DNA from: Andalucia godoyi And28
Taxonomy: Eukaryota > Protista > Jakobida
Assembly: GCA_009859145.1 (NCBI GenBank)
Contig: VRVR01000009.1
Location: forward strand, 355,468 to 419,467
Reading direction: 5' to 3'
Length of the DNA: 64,000 nucleotides
A program made the translations under genes and the position numbers. Position 1 is the stretch's first letter. Each line of letters opens with the position of its first letter. The notes beneath the pieces are model-generated. The model worked only from the letters and a program-made list of their open reading frames with translations. It made no database searches and was not told the DNA's origin. Positions 40,226 to 49,926 of the stretch are shown in pieces.

Positions 40226-42082
40226 TCATTGCTGAACTGCGTGCGAAACACTGTAGAAACAGCCGTGTGCTGCATGGTCGACCACGGCAGCAAACGCATA
40301 ATCGAGACTCGTGATCCACTCTGACACATCTACATTCAATCCTTCAACGCCATAGCCAGAAACAACAACCGGCTTGTAAGCAAAAAACAGATCATCATGC
40401 AGTGCAACCGCATTGGCGAACAGGGTCATCTTTGCTTCGTGCTGCAGGAATTCTCGCCTCAGGCATCCAAGCTTGGCGGAGCGCTCGCCATTGTCGTGAT
40501 CGTGCACTCGAGAAACTGCGTAAAATCGTACCCTGAAGCAGCTTCGAGGATTCGAATGAGGAACCAAACCACCCCTGGGAGGAACTACCACAAAAGAAAA
40601 CACGGCGCTCTCTGCCGCGCACTTTGCTTGCGGCGGGAACGTGCAAGCGAACGGTGCATCGTACGCAATGGCACAGTCGAACGGAGAAGGCCGCGACGCG
40701 AGAAGATCCACAAACATGTTGTAGTGCGAAACATCATAGAACACGAGTGCTGGCGAGTCGGAAGAGATGTTGTGAATATACACGAACTGCCCAGTGATGG
40801 ACGGCAACACCGTGTCGACACTCGCAAGATTTCGCGACCACACCAAGAGATGTCCCTGAAGATCATCCAGTTCTATGAGCTCCTTCTCGGTGCTGGTGCT
40901 GAACGTCTGTGACACCGCAAAGGGAGACACGCGTCGAGCGCACACTTCCCACTCTGAGCCAAGAAAACGCCGAGCTAGAGCAGAAGCATTGAAATGCTGG
41001 CGTCCCAGCACGATCGCACGGTCATCGAATAGAGAAACCATGTGGTGGCTTACATTGGTGGAAACGGGAGACGCCATCCTCGCCCCGGCACCGCGAGACG
41101 ATGGCGACGAAAACGTGCCGATCCTCTCCGTCAACACAATCTTTGTCAATTTGCGCTCCGTGGTTTGCGGATGAAACTCTGTAATGGACAGCTGATGAAA
41201 GGACGTGTCATTTTCCATCGCAAAGTGGGGAAGCTTCCTTGCGCTATCAAACGACGGTACGGCAGAACCAGTGGTGAAGCACACATCCATGCCCTTGACG
41301 TAATCCGCCAATTCGGACGCCAGTGATGCGGTTTCATCATTCCAATTCAAAACTCCCCTCTTTTCCTGCCACACAGTGCAATCTCCCTTCATCACAATAC
41401 TGGTCTCTCTGAACGATTCGTCCAACAATATGGGACGATTTTGTGCCCGAGACCGGTGAAATGCTAAAATCAACGCTGACCGATGCACGCCATCGTTTTC
41501 AAGACATCGCATGTCAAGACGCATGCTACTTTGACCGGGACACGACATGTAGAACAAGTCCAGTGGCACATCATACCGAATCGTCAGCTTCATAAGAACA
41601 CTGTCTGCGGCTGCTGCTGCGGCACCGAGCGACGAGGCGCAGTCTTGCGTGACGTCGTACACGACAAGCGAGGAGTCGTCGGGAGTTTCCAACACTTTTT
41701 GAAGTAAATCCACGCTCCGGTTCACAGGATCGGAAAAGAGGTTGAGCAGGCGGATGTGCACTGTCTGGCGGTGTTCGAAGAAGACAGAAGCGGCGTTGGC
41801 TGCGAGGTCTGCTCCGCATGTGCAAAAGACGGTACTCGACTCTTCCGAGAGAACACCAAAATAGTCGGGTACTATCGAATCGTACCCGTGGCGCTCGCAA
41901 GTCAGAAGATGCCTCCGACGGTCAGACATTGTCGATCGATTCTCCTTGTCATAGAATTCAGCAAGGGCAAAAACGTCAATAGGCACTGGTGAAAGCGCAA
42001 AGGTGAAAAGGTACCAAAGAGCATCCCTTTTTTGCACTTTGCGGGCAGGCAGAGGAAAGCGGGCATCTACGGTAGCCTCCAT
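40226..42082 (-). CDS. Hypothetical protein, paralogue of the 37093 gene
   Basis: ATG at 42082. Shares the colinear motifs listed for 37093-38748, and has an N-terminal CxxHG...CxC. Confidence 0.8.
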   Translation of the reverse strand: MEATVDARFPLPARKVQKRDALWYLFTFALSPVPIDVFALAEFYDKENRSTMSDRRRHLLTCERHGYDSIVPDYFGVLSEESSTVFCTCGADLAANAASVFFEHRQTVHIRLLNLFSDPVNRSVDLLQKVLETPDDSSLVVYDVTQDCASSLGAAAAAADSVLMKLTIRYDVPLDLFYMSCPGQSSMRLDMRCLENDGVHRSALILAFHRSRAQNRPILLDESFRETSIVMKGDCTVWQEKRGVLNWNDETASLASELADYVKGMDVCFTTGSAVPSFDSARKLPHFAMENDTSFHQLSITEFHPQTTERKLTKIVLTERIGTFSSPSSRGAGARMASPVSTNVSHHMVSLFDDRAIVLGRQHFNASALARRFLGSEWEVCARRVSPFAVSQTFSTSTEKELIELDDLQGHLLVWSRNLASVDTVLPSITGQFVYIHNISSDSPALVFYDVSHYNMFVDLLASRPSPFDCAIAYDAPFACTFPPQAKCAAESAVFSFVVVPPRGGLVPHSNPRSCFRVRFYAVSRVHDHDNGERSAKLGCLRREFLQHEAKMTLFANAVALHDDLFFAYKPVVVSGYGVEGLNVDVSEWITSLDYAFAAVVDHAAHGCFYSVSHAVQQ

Positions 42083-42311
42083 TGAGCACAAGAGCTCAAG
42101 AAGACGAGCTGCGAGCCGCCTGTAGATGAAATGCCGATCTCAAATCTCTCATTCCCGATTTTCCGATTTCAGAATTTGGTACAGTATCTATTATTGGAGA
42201 TTTGGAGTGTGGAATTTTCCAAATTAGGAAATTTCGAGCATTACAAAAGGCTTGTTTTTTGGTGGCTAGGTCTCTTCTGGTTTTGATATTGCAGAACTGT
42301 TCACATACTCC

Positions 42312-42758
42312 ATGGCTTTACAACTTCCATTGCTTGTTACTGCAGCGATCCTCTGCGACAAAAACGACCCAGGCAGAGTGCTCCTCGTGAAGCGCGCTCG
42401 TGCGCCCTTCTGCGGGAGCTGGGCGCTCGTGGGCGGCTGTGGCGCCTTCGAGAAAATTGTGAACCCCGAGGAAGCCGTGGTCCATGAAGTAGAATGCGAT
42501 TTAGGGGTGACGCCTGTCCAACTTCGGTTCTTCCACTATTACTTTTGCGAACCAAAGTCTGTTGTTCTCGTTTTCGCTGGACACTTGGAGCATGAATCGT
42601 CCATTCGGCTTGACCCGCAGTATGTTTCTGCATGGAAATGGTTCGACGTTCGTGACGCACGACCGAATGAATTAGGGGAGATTGCGTTTGAGGGCGGTTT
42701 TGTCCTTGCATCCTATGCCAGGACTTTATCAGCTCCGGATGTCATGAACGGATCGTGA
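42312..42758 (+). CDS. Nudix (MutT-like) hydrolase with non-canonical Nudix box
   Basis: RVLLVKRARAPFCGSWALVGG...PEEAVVHEVECDLG, where the canonical REUxEExG appears as HEVECDLG. C-terminal WFD...IAF. Confidence 0.85.
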   Translation: MALQLPLLVTAAILCDKNDPGRVLLVKRARAPFCGSWALVGGCGAFEKIVNPEEAVVHEVECDLGVTPVQLRFFHYYFCEPKSVVLVFAGHLEHESSIRLDPQYVSAWKWFDVRDARPNELGEIAFEGGFVLASYARTLSAPDVMNGS

Positions 42759-42985
42759 AATCCCGTTGTAAAATAATTTTTGAAAATCCAGTTTATTTCG
42801 TGTAGCACAGCTCTTTTGGATTTGCAGTTCGCATATGAGTTGACACTCGATAGAGGACAATCAACAACCGCCTGCGGAATTCTGTTTATGACAAAAACGT
42901 ATTCGGATGGTGGCTCAATAGAAATCTCCTTTTTTGGAAATTGTCCTTTTATCTGGAGAGCGGATGGTTTGATGCAGTAGAGCAT

Positions 42986-43612
42986 ATGTCATCTGAATCC
43001 ATAGGCCAGCAAGGTACTGGGATTGTTTTTCTTTTAAAACGTGCATTACTGACATCTTCAATGCCGGAAGCAAGACAGCAAAATATTTCATCGTCCCAAT
43101 CAGCAGTGGAACGGACCAGATTTCCTTGGTGCCATGGGACAAGAATCCGGTACAATGAGAAAGTCGAGGGTTCCTCGATGACGACAGCCACAGCGCCACT
43201 CCTAGAGCAGCAAATGGTCCCGCACTCTATTGCAAAGCAGCGTCTGCTGAACGGAATGCAACTGGCTCGTGATGAATGGCAGCGTTCTCCGCCAGCGCTG
43301 CAATTTTGGAGAGGAGTATTGAATGAGAACACAAAAACCCGAGTGTTTTTCTTACAAAGACACGTTCTTTGTGACGACGAGACAGTGCTCGTGTTTCACG
43401 CATCTCTGGCTTGTCTGTTGAACCCACCTCCAGATTCTGATGCCTTGGATGACATCGGGCTCGTTCGAGCGTGGAACGAGACGAAGTTGAGAGACTTTCT
43501 CAGTCACAAATGTAGCCAAGAGGGATGGATTCATTTCACGGGATCCCACCTAAGTGGCAGCGACGTTCACAGTAGCCACCTGCTGCATCCCCACGTGATG
43601 ACAGGACGGTGA
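42986..43612 (+). CDS. Hypothetical protein, WxHxTGS family member 3
   Basis: First ATG is at 42986. C-terminus is FHASLACLL...FLSHKCSQEGWIHFTGS. Confidence 0.7.
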   Translation: MSSESIGQQGTGIVFLLKRALLTSSMPEARQQNISSSQSAVERTRFPWCHGTRIRYNEKVEGSSMTTATAPLLEQQMVPHSIAKQRLLNGMQLARDEWQRSPPALQFWRGVLNENTKTRVFFLQRHVLCDDETVLVFHASLACLLNPPPDSDALDDIGLVRAWNETKLRDFLSHKCSQEGWIHFTGSHLSGSDVHSSHLLHPHVMTGR

Positions 43613-44229
43613 AGTCGTCGCACCTAGAACAAAATAAAACCTGACAGTGCGAGTCTGGAGGGCGCATCCGCAACATCTGACAAATGACGCACGGCCTTCC
43701 TTACACTATCAGTGAAACTCATGAGGCCATTAAACACTGTGCGATTCCGATCCAACAGGTCTTCGGACAATTCATGGAAAGCGTCGTCGCCAAGATTGAA
43801 ACCTCCGACAACAAGTTCCCGGTTTGAATGGATTCCGTTTCAATAAAAGCAAACATAATTTCACAAACATCGCTCTTGTTACAACACTTGGCTTGCAATA
43901 TAGTTTTGCAACAACCGAGAGTGCACGTGAAAAAGAATCTCCCGCGTCTCATTCCAAAGTCCAAAAAGGCGGGAACACTTCGAAGTTAGGAAATCTTGCG
44001 AGGTGGCAAAAAGTCTCGTTCAACGAATTAGCATCTAGTGATGCTTTCAAAATAACAAGTCGTGCAAAATGCTCTGTTGAATAGATGAGGTGCATCTCTC
44101 CGCAACAATTGGCAAACACTTCTACGCGACAAGCGATGTCAGTGAAACAATACTCAGCATATTGGGTAAAACAACAAATGCACGACATCTTGTTACACTA
44201 TTGGAAAAAAATGTCACCGAATTTTTTTA

Positions 44230-44309
44230 GAGACGCCCCTGTGACGCGTCGGTGATCTTGTGACATTGATCCTCTTGCTAGGATCACCGAAGCGTCACAG
44301 GCGCGTCTC
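44230..44309. repeat. Inverted repeat, 28-bp arms with 2 mismatches and 24-nt spacer
   Basis: GAGACGCCCCTGTGACGCGTCGGTGATC at 44230-44257 and GATCACCGAAGCGTCACAGGCGCGTCTC at 44282-44309. Confidence 0.92.
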
Positions 44310-44379
44310 ATTAATAAAACCAGAAAATTCTCTGAAAACAAAGATTTTTATTGTAATAAAAGTAGCCAATATTACAAAT

Positions 44380-45516
44380 TCATAACCCAGTCCCTTCGAT
44401 GGAGATCGGATGGCGGGACAGCTCCAGCACAAGATGGCTCCGGCCACGCGTAAGCTCCTGGAGCACCACATGAGAGCCAATAAGGTGCAGTGGCACGAGC
44501 TCTGAGGCGTTGGAACGGTGCCATCCTTTCCCTATATCCACCACCGCATATCCGGAGCTCCCATGAGTGGGCAGAGATGCGAAGCCTCGAACCTGGGCAA
44601 AAGCCAGATGCATCCCTCTCGAATGTGATGCGGCGCAAATGAAGAATCGTTGAATCTCGCAATACAATTTCGGCCGAAACATGACAGACACTCGGCTGTT
44701 GCAAGATTTGGAAGACAACACTGTCGCCATCAGTGAGGTGAGTTGCAGAGGCCCCCACTGGTTGCTGCACTTCACCCGACCGAAGCACAGCAGATCTCGA
44801 CAGGGAACGTCGATTCTCCCTTCGAAGAACAATAAGTCATCCTCTGAGGTAATGTTTTTGGAACCAAACTCACGCATTGCTTGATGATATAGAAATCCGT
44901 AGTGCTGGTCAAAGGATGCTCTCCACTTCATGATCGCGGCGATTACCAGAGGAGATGCATTTTCTACTGTCATTTCTTGATCTACGAATTCCACGTCTTC
45001 GGCACGGGCGTACTGATTCGAGTGCGGATGAAACACGAATCTTTGATTCGTTTCCCGAATGCTTCTGAACGATTCCAGATGCTCCCACACAGAACTGTTA
45101 CCCAGACAGCATTCCATCTCAGACAAAAACAGCCTACGGTGCAGTCCGTCGGAGAGTTGAGAAAATGCCTGATTCGGAGCGGTTATCAAAGCGGACGATT
45201 CTTTGATAAAGGCTTCGAGAGGGAATGTCCAGTGATGACACAGAGGTCCATGCCGCCTGGTAACCATCCCGACATGCAAGAGGGCGTGGAACGCGAATCG
45301 ACATTCAGCTGCGCCGGCAAGCCTTTCGAATGCCTGGCATGCGCTTGAAAAATGGTATTCCATTCTCACAATGTCCTCTTCTTGTAACGTCGTACACGAG
45401 GCCAGAAAGAATCCGATGCTAAAGTCCCGGAAGCACTGGTAGAACTCTGGATGGACCACTAAATCGTAAAACAGAAATGGGATGGCATAGATCAGAAAAT
45501 TCATGTGATCCACCAT
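44380..45516 (-). pseudogene. Truncated CACTA-type transposase (C-terminal DUF4218-like region)
   Basis: FHALLHVGMVTRRHGPLCHHWTFPLEAF matches the HxxxH...GP...WxFxxE motif. The N-terminal catalytic half was not seen. Confidence 0.7.
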
Positions 45517-46100
45517 TTAAATCTACGTTCGAAGTCATTCTCTGCTTTAAAGTTTGCAGCTCTTTCCAGAAATCATCGTCTTTCTGTTCATTTGCGCATT
45601 TGAATGTTGTCCGGGGATGAGGACCGAGAAAAGAATGCCTGATCATTTCTCATTGTTGCTGTCGATTTTCTAGCAAAGAGATCGCGGTTGGCACTCTGGA
45701 GCACACATGGGACAATGTGGTTTCCAACATGCCATTGTCACTCCGTTTTTACTAGAGAATCGCAATCTTATAGTGGTATTGCCCGTTCAAAAAGCGCATG
45801 ACTGGTAGACTGGATTTGTCGATGTGCTGCAATCTCTCCAGATTTCTGTTTCTCGCATTCTGGACTGGGATTACGTAGATGATGCTAGTTTACTTCGTAC
45901 CTATTTATGGTTGCGACTCGGAAGGAACCAACAATCGCTAATAGGCTTCTCAGATTTCTCCAGATGTCAAACAATATCCAGCTCAAGTCATTCGGGACAA
46001 GGCTCCAAAGCGACTGTCAGCATTGTTGACGAATCTCTTGAAGATGTCAAACAATTTCTGCAAGACAACCCGCTGTTCATGACTATTGGCGGATTTTCGA

Positions 46101-49100
46101 TTACCTAGGATCATTTTCCGACATCTCTATTCTACTCCTCAGCGCCTGGCCACCCATCACTGCAATGTCAGCGGATTGACTATGTAAGGTAGAAGAGTAA
46201 TTTCGAATGCGATTGTTGCATATGTTCAACTTGCGATCAGCAGCAATATCATTGATCAAGACACTACTACTAGAATTGTACTCTATCACGCAACGGCGAA
46301 GAACACCATATCCACCAGGAGCACCAAACAGCACACCTGCATCATTATCGAAAACCTGACAATCTTCCATGACGAGAAATGGGCGACCTTCAGCACAGAC
46401 CTCATCCGCCTGAACGACAACTCCTTCTGCTTCATTTTTGTGAATTTTGCATCGTCTGAGAATCGTTGCACCGCAGCCAAGAAGAACACCAGAATAACGA
46501 GGATTTGAACCACATCTCGTAATTTCGCAGTCTTCCATGGTCAATCGGCGCGCTCCTTGATAGATAAATGCAGATTGGTGACCACAATCACGAAAATGAC
46601 AATGCGTAAATGTGCCTTCCGACGCAGCTCCACGCAACTCTACAGCAGCAAAGCGAAAATTTTTGAACAAGCAATGTGTGGCCGTTGCATGGCTTCCTCC
46701 TTCAATGACAATACCAGCAGAGCAGAATTTCTTGAACTTGCAATTGTCTAAAGAAATGGTAGTCCCTAATCCCGTTGTTGCGATGCAGGGAGCATCCGGA
46801 TTGAAAAAACGACACCCCACAAAAGTGGCAGTTGCTCCGTCCCCCACGGAAACGCAATTCGACGGCATCCCGTTTCCTTGCCCACATGTGATCAGCAACT
46901 GGATATTTTGTACAACAACCTTGCAAGACGATCCAGTCACAGCCAAGATCATCGCATTTCCGATCCCGAGCCGCTTCATAAATGCAGCTGAACAAGCAAT
47001 CGAAGCGACGGGATGCTGTTTTGCAAGACCATTCTTTGCAAGCTGGGAATAACAGGCTGTCGACGATTGCCCAAGTAACTGTACAACCACTGAACCAATA
47101 ACGATTGAAGGAAGAGGAATAGTCATCAATGCTGGGTTGATAGCATCATGAGCATCTCCGTTTTGCAAACCACCATGGAAATGAAGAAGTTCCTCATACA
47201 CTCCTTCCAGGAGGAGGACACTAATTCCAGAGCAACCCGGATGATCCGCGACCACAGTGGAAACTGCATCGACAATGGATACGAAATTAGCAATGTCATT
47301 TGCAGTTGGAGAGACGACAACAAAATTGTCTTTGAATAGAACATCTTCCCAACAGAACAATCCCCCGATTCGTTCCATTTTGACCCCGGGGGTTGTCGGT
47401 ATGGGAGAATCCTTCGGGCATGTTTCAAGAATCTGAAGACGCAAAGCCGTGAAAGACTCCAGAGCACTACCACAACCACAGGCAATCCCCTTCTCGACGG
47501 CGACCAAAGCTTTCTGGGTGTTTTGCTTCCCCATCTCAGCCTGTGCCAGACGATAGTGACCTTTGATCGATGTAGGATCGAAACGTAGAGCAGCCAAGGC
47601 ATCGCGTGAAGCCAATGTAAACATACCCAATCGAATGTACGCAAGCGATCGATTAGCGAGAATCATCGATGCGGTGGACGGATCTTCGATGTTTTGGGCA
47701 TGCATCTTGCTGTACACTTGGATCGCGTTATTGAGATTACCGCTTTCAAACAGCAATTTCGCCAACGGCCGCATTGCTTCGATGAACGACAATGCCGGAT
47801 CCAAACCTGGTGCACTTTGACTCTTTTTTGGAATACGAGCCCGAGAAATGTTTGTGAGGATTTCACATCGAGTCTTCGCCTCACAATCGCAAGGCGGGAA
47901 GCATTTTAGCATATTCCTCTCTAAAGCGAGCCCGCGTTGGAAGCATGCTTCACCACGAAGAAAAGATGTTGAAACATCTGAATGTTTGCTACTTAACTCG
48001 AGGAGAGCTAGTCGATACAATGCTTCACAATACTTGCGACCCTCTGGAGCTGCAAGATCGAGAAACTGTTGAAGGCGAGTCCTCTGGAACTCAACATCGG
48101 AAACACGAATATTCGAGCACGCGACAGCACACCAATAATGGAACATGGGTTCCTCTGGAGCGATTTGTGATGCCTTTGCGTACGCATCTAAACAAGCTTG
48201 AAAATCTCCCTGATTGCCGCAGACACTTCCCATCATGTGCCAACATCCGTATGCATCCCGAGGATTGACGGCAATTCCACGCTTGCAATGCTCAATCGCT
48301 TCCTTGCAACGCATCGTATTGAACGCAATCGATGCCAATAATAGCATTGCATCAACATTCCTGGTGTCTGACAAAAGGACAAGACTCGCGGCATTGGTGT
48401 ACCGCGATATGTCACCGTTGCTTGTAGTGTAACAACCCGAAAAAGGATCTCCATCAGAAACCGATGAACGCAGTGAAAATGCAAAGAGTCTTGTTGCTTC
48501 ACTGACGTTATCAGCAAACAATGCCATTTCTCCCTGAATCCATGTCGTGCGAGTTCGTAGCATTCGCCCCGCAACAGTGGATCCTTGTTCTGCCCACACA
48601 GACAAGTCTCGTAAAACCTCAGGACGAAAGCTTTGAGGTAGTTGCCGGGGCAGTTCGTCCTCCTTCTTGTCGTCATCGGGGGTGACAGACACGTACTTGA
48701 ACCATGCATGTCCAGGCTTTGCAACGATTTGCAATAGTCCAACGTACCTCTCAATGCACTTGGTCTGAGAAGAGTGCTGGGTAGAACTAGATGCCTCACT
48801 GCTTCCGTCCTTCATTGCATCTTGACCACCAAAACCTTCAAGACCGGATCGAAATGCATAAGGATACATTTGACGATGTTTCAAGGAATGCTGAGCGTCC
48901 AACAGCCATTCGGGAATCGGTCCAGCAGGTGAGGAAAAAGTGTCCAATGCTTGAAGCAACAGCCACGATTGTATGTCCCGGGGAGTCCGAAACCCTTTGC
49001 CCAAAACGATTCGCGAAATAACAAACAGTCGCAAAATGCTTCGGAAATACAGTTGCAATTGCTTCCGAACTGTTTTCCACCACTTTTCACGCATCCATTC

Positions 49101-49736
49101 CGAATTTTCATCCACGGTCACCTGCAAAATGTCAACAGCAATCCGCATGCACTGGGCGGTAGAGGGTGCTTCATTTCGCTGTTGATGAAAGAAGAAGACC
49201 CTTTCCACAAGCGATTCCAGAAACATCCCCGGAACTTTCTCGTGCTCAAACTGGCGAGACACGAATTTCAAGACTCGCACAGCAGATTGTGCAACAGGAA
49301 ACTTGTCCAACGAAGTGGAAGCCAGCGGACGCTCTCCATACTCAACAGTATTTCCGAAGACAACATCGTAATCGACAGCAGCCTTGATGTGAATCGCAAG
49401 TTTTCCAAGCTTGACGTGATGCGGATGAAAACACGGATGCTCTTGGAGGCGCTCCACGAAACGCTCCCTCTCTTGCAAAGTGACTGGCTTGGGTGTAGAC
49501 ACATATACGTCGACATCACTGGAATGCACAGTTGTCCCTTTCTTGGCACTCCCTTGAATATCTGCCGAACTTTGAGGACCAAACATGGAAACTGCAAGAT
49601 CGTGAAACACTTTGACATGGGCTTTCACGAGGCCGGCAGCAAAACCAGTGACCATGCACGAGTTGGCCATGTCTGAAAGGAATGCATCGAAAATGATGGA
49701 TTCCTCTGGATGCACGTAGTCCGACAATCTGATCAT
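46101..49736 (-). CDS. CD-NTase/OAS-like nucleotidyltransferase fused to TPR repeats and a right-handed beta-helix
   Basis: ATG at 49736. NTase motifs QGSAKKGTTVHSSDVDVYV, YDVV and SAVRVLKF...PGMFLESL. TPRs include LANRSLAYIRLGMFTLASRDALAALRFDPTSIKGHYRLAQA. Parallel beta-helix repeats include ATFVGCRF, ISLDNCKF and TILRRCKIHKNEAEGV. Confidence 0.88.
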   Translation of the reverse strand: MIRLSDYVHPEESIIFDAFLSDMANSCMVTGFAAGLVKAHVKVFHDLAVSMFGPQSSADIQGSAKKGTTVHSSDVDVYVSTPKPVTLQERERFVERLQEHPCFHPHHVKLGKLAIHIKAAVDYDVVFGNTVEYGERPLASTSLDKFPVAQSAVRVLKFVSRQFEHEKVPGMFLESLVERVFFFHQQRNEAPSTAQCMRIAVDILQVTVDENSEWMREKWWKTVRKQLQLYFRSILRLFVISRIVLGKGFRTPRDIQSWLLLQALDTFSSPAGPIPEWLLDAQHSLKHRQMYPYAFRSGLEGFGGQDAMKDGSSEASSSTQHSSQTKCIERYVGLLQIVAKPGHAWFKYVSVTPDDDKKEDELPRQLPQSFRPEVLRDLSVWAEQGSTVAGRMLRTRTTWIQGEMALFADNVSEATRLFAFSLRSSVSDGDPFSGCYTTSNGDISRYTNAASLVLLSDTRNVDAMLLLASIAFNTMRCKEAIEHCKRGIAVNPRDAYGCWHMMGSVCGNQGDFQACLDAYAKASQIAPEEPMFHYWCAVACSNIRVSDVEFQRTRLQQFLDLAAPEGRKYCEALYRLALLELSSKHSDVSTSFLRGEACFQRGLALERNMLKCFPPCDCEAKTRCEILTNISRARIPKKSQSAPGLDPALSFIEAMRPLAKLLFESGNLNNAIQVYSKMHAQNIEDPSTASMILANRSLAYIRLGMFTLASRDALAALRFDPTSIKGHYRLAQAEMGKQNTQKALVAVEKGIACGCGSALESFTALRLQILETCPKDSPIPTTPGVKMERIGGLFCWEDVLFKDNFVVVSPTANDIANFVSIVDAVSTVVADHPGCSGISVLLLEGVYEELLHFHGGLQNGDAHDAINPALMTIPLPSIVIGSVVVQLLGQSSTACYSQLAKNGLAKQHPVASIACSAAFMKRLGIGNAMILAVTGSSCKVVVQNIQLLITCGQGNGMPSNCVSVGDGATATFVGCRFFNPDAPCIATTGLGTTISLDNCKFKKFCSAGIVIEGGSHATATHCLFKNFRFAAVELRGAASEGTFTHCHFRDCGHQSAFIYQGARRLTMEDCEITRCGSNPRYSGVLLGCGATILRRCKIHKNEAEGVVVQADEVCAEGRPFLVMEDCQVFDNDAGVLFGAPGGYGVLRRCVIEYNSSSSVLINDIAADRKLNICNNRIRNYSSTLHSQSADIAVMGGQALRSRIEMSENDPR

Positions 49737-49926
49737 TTTGCAATAGTTTGCCAAACTAATAGTAGGTGAGAAAAAGAAAATGCGAAGTCGAGGATTCTGT
49801 CGGAGGATCTCTATGAATTGACCCACATGCACATTGAGCACCGCAACGATCCTCGTGGGTACGACAGGCACACATAAAGATTGTCGACTTGTCGTTTGAC
49901 TGCCGATGTTTGGACTTTTTATTGAA

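Larger units (their letters stand above)
44196..45646 (-). mobile_element. CACTA/En-Spm-type DNA transposon remnant
   Basis: A CACTA pentamer plus A-tract at 44196 is a candidate terminus, with subterminal TCACCGA/GTGAC repeats. The truncated transposase ORF is at 44380-45516 and a frameshifted upstream piece at 45419-45646. Confidence 0.65.

Noticed and set aside
43701-44201. 9-bp direct repeat TTACACTAT (43701 and 44193) as a target-site duplication
   Set aside because: The enclosed ~480 bp has no TIRs or recognisable ORF, and the match was found post hoc.
45771-45775. TAGTG as the second CACTA terminus
   Set aside because: Only 6 bp match the 44196 end, and the flanking trinucleotides differ (TTA vs GTA).
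45824-46108. 94-aa plus-strand ORF next to the NTase-TPR stop
   Set aside because: Non-ATG start and no motif; at most a decayed fragment.
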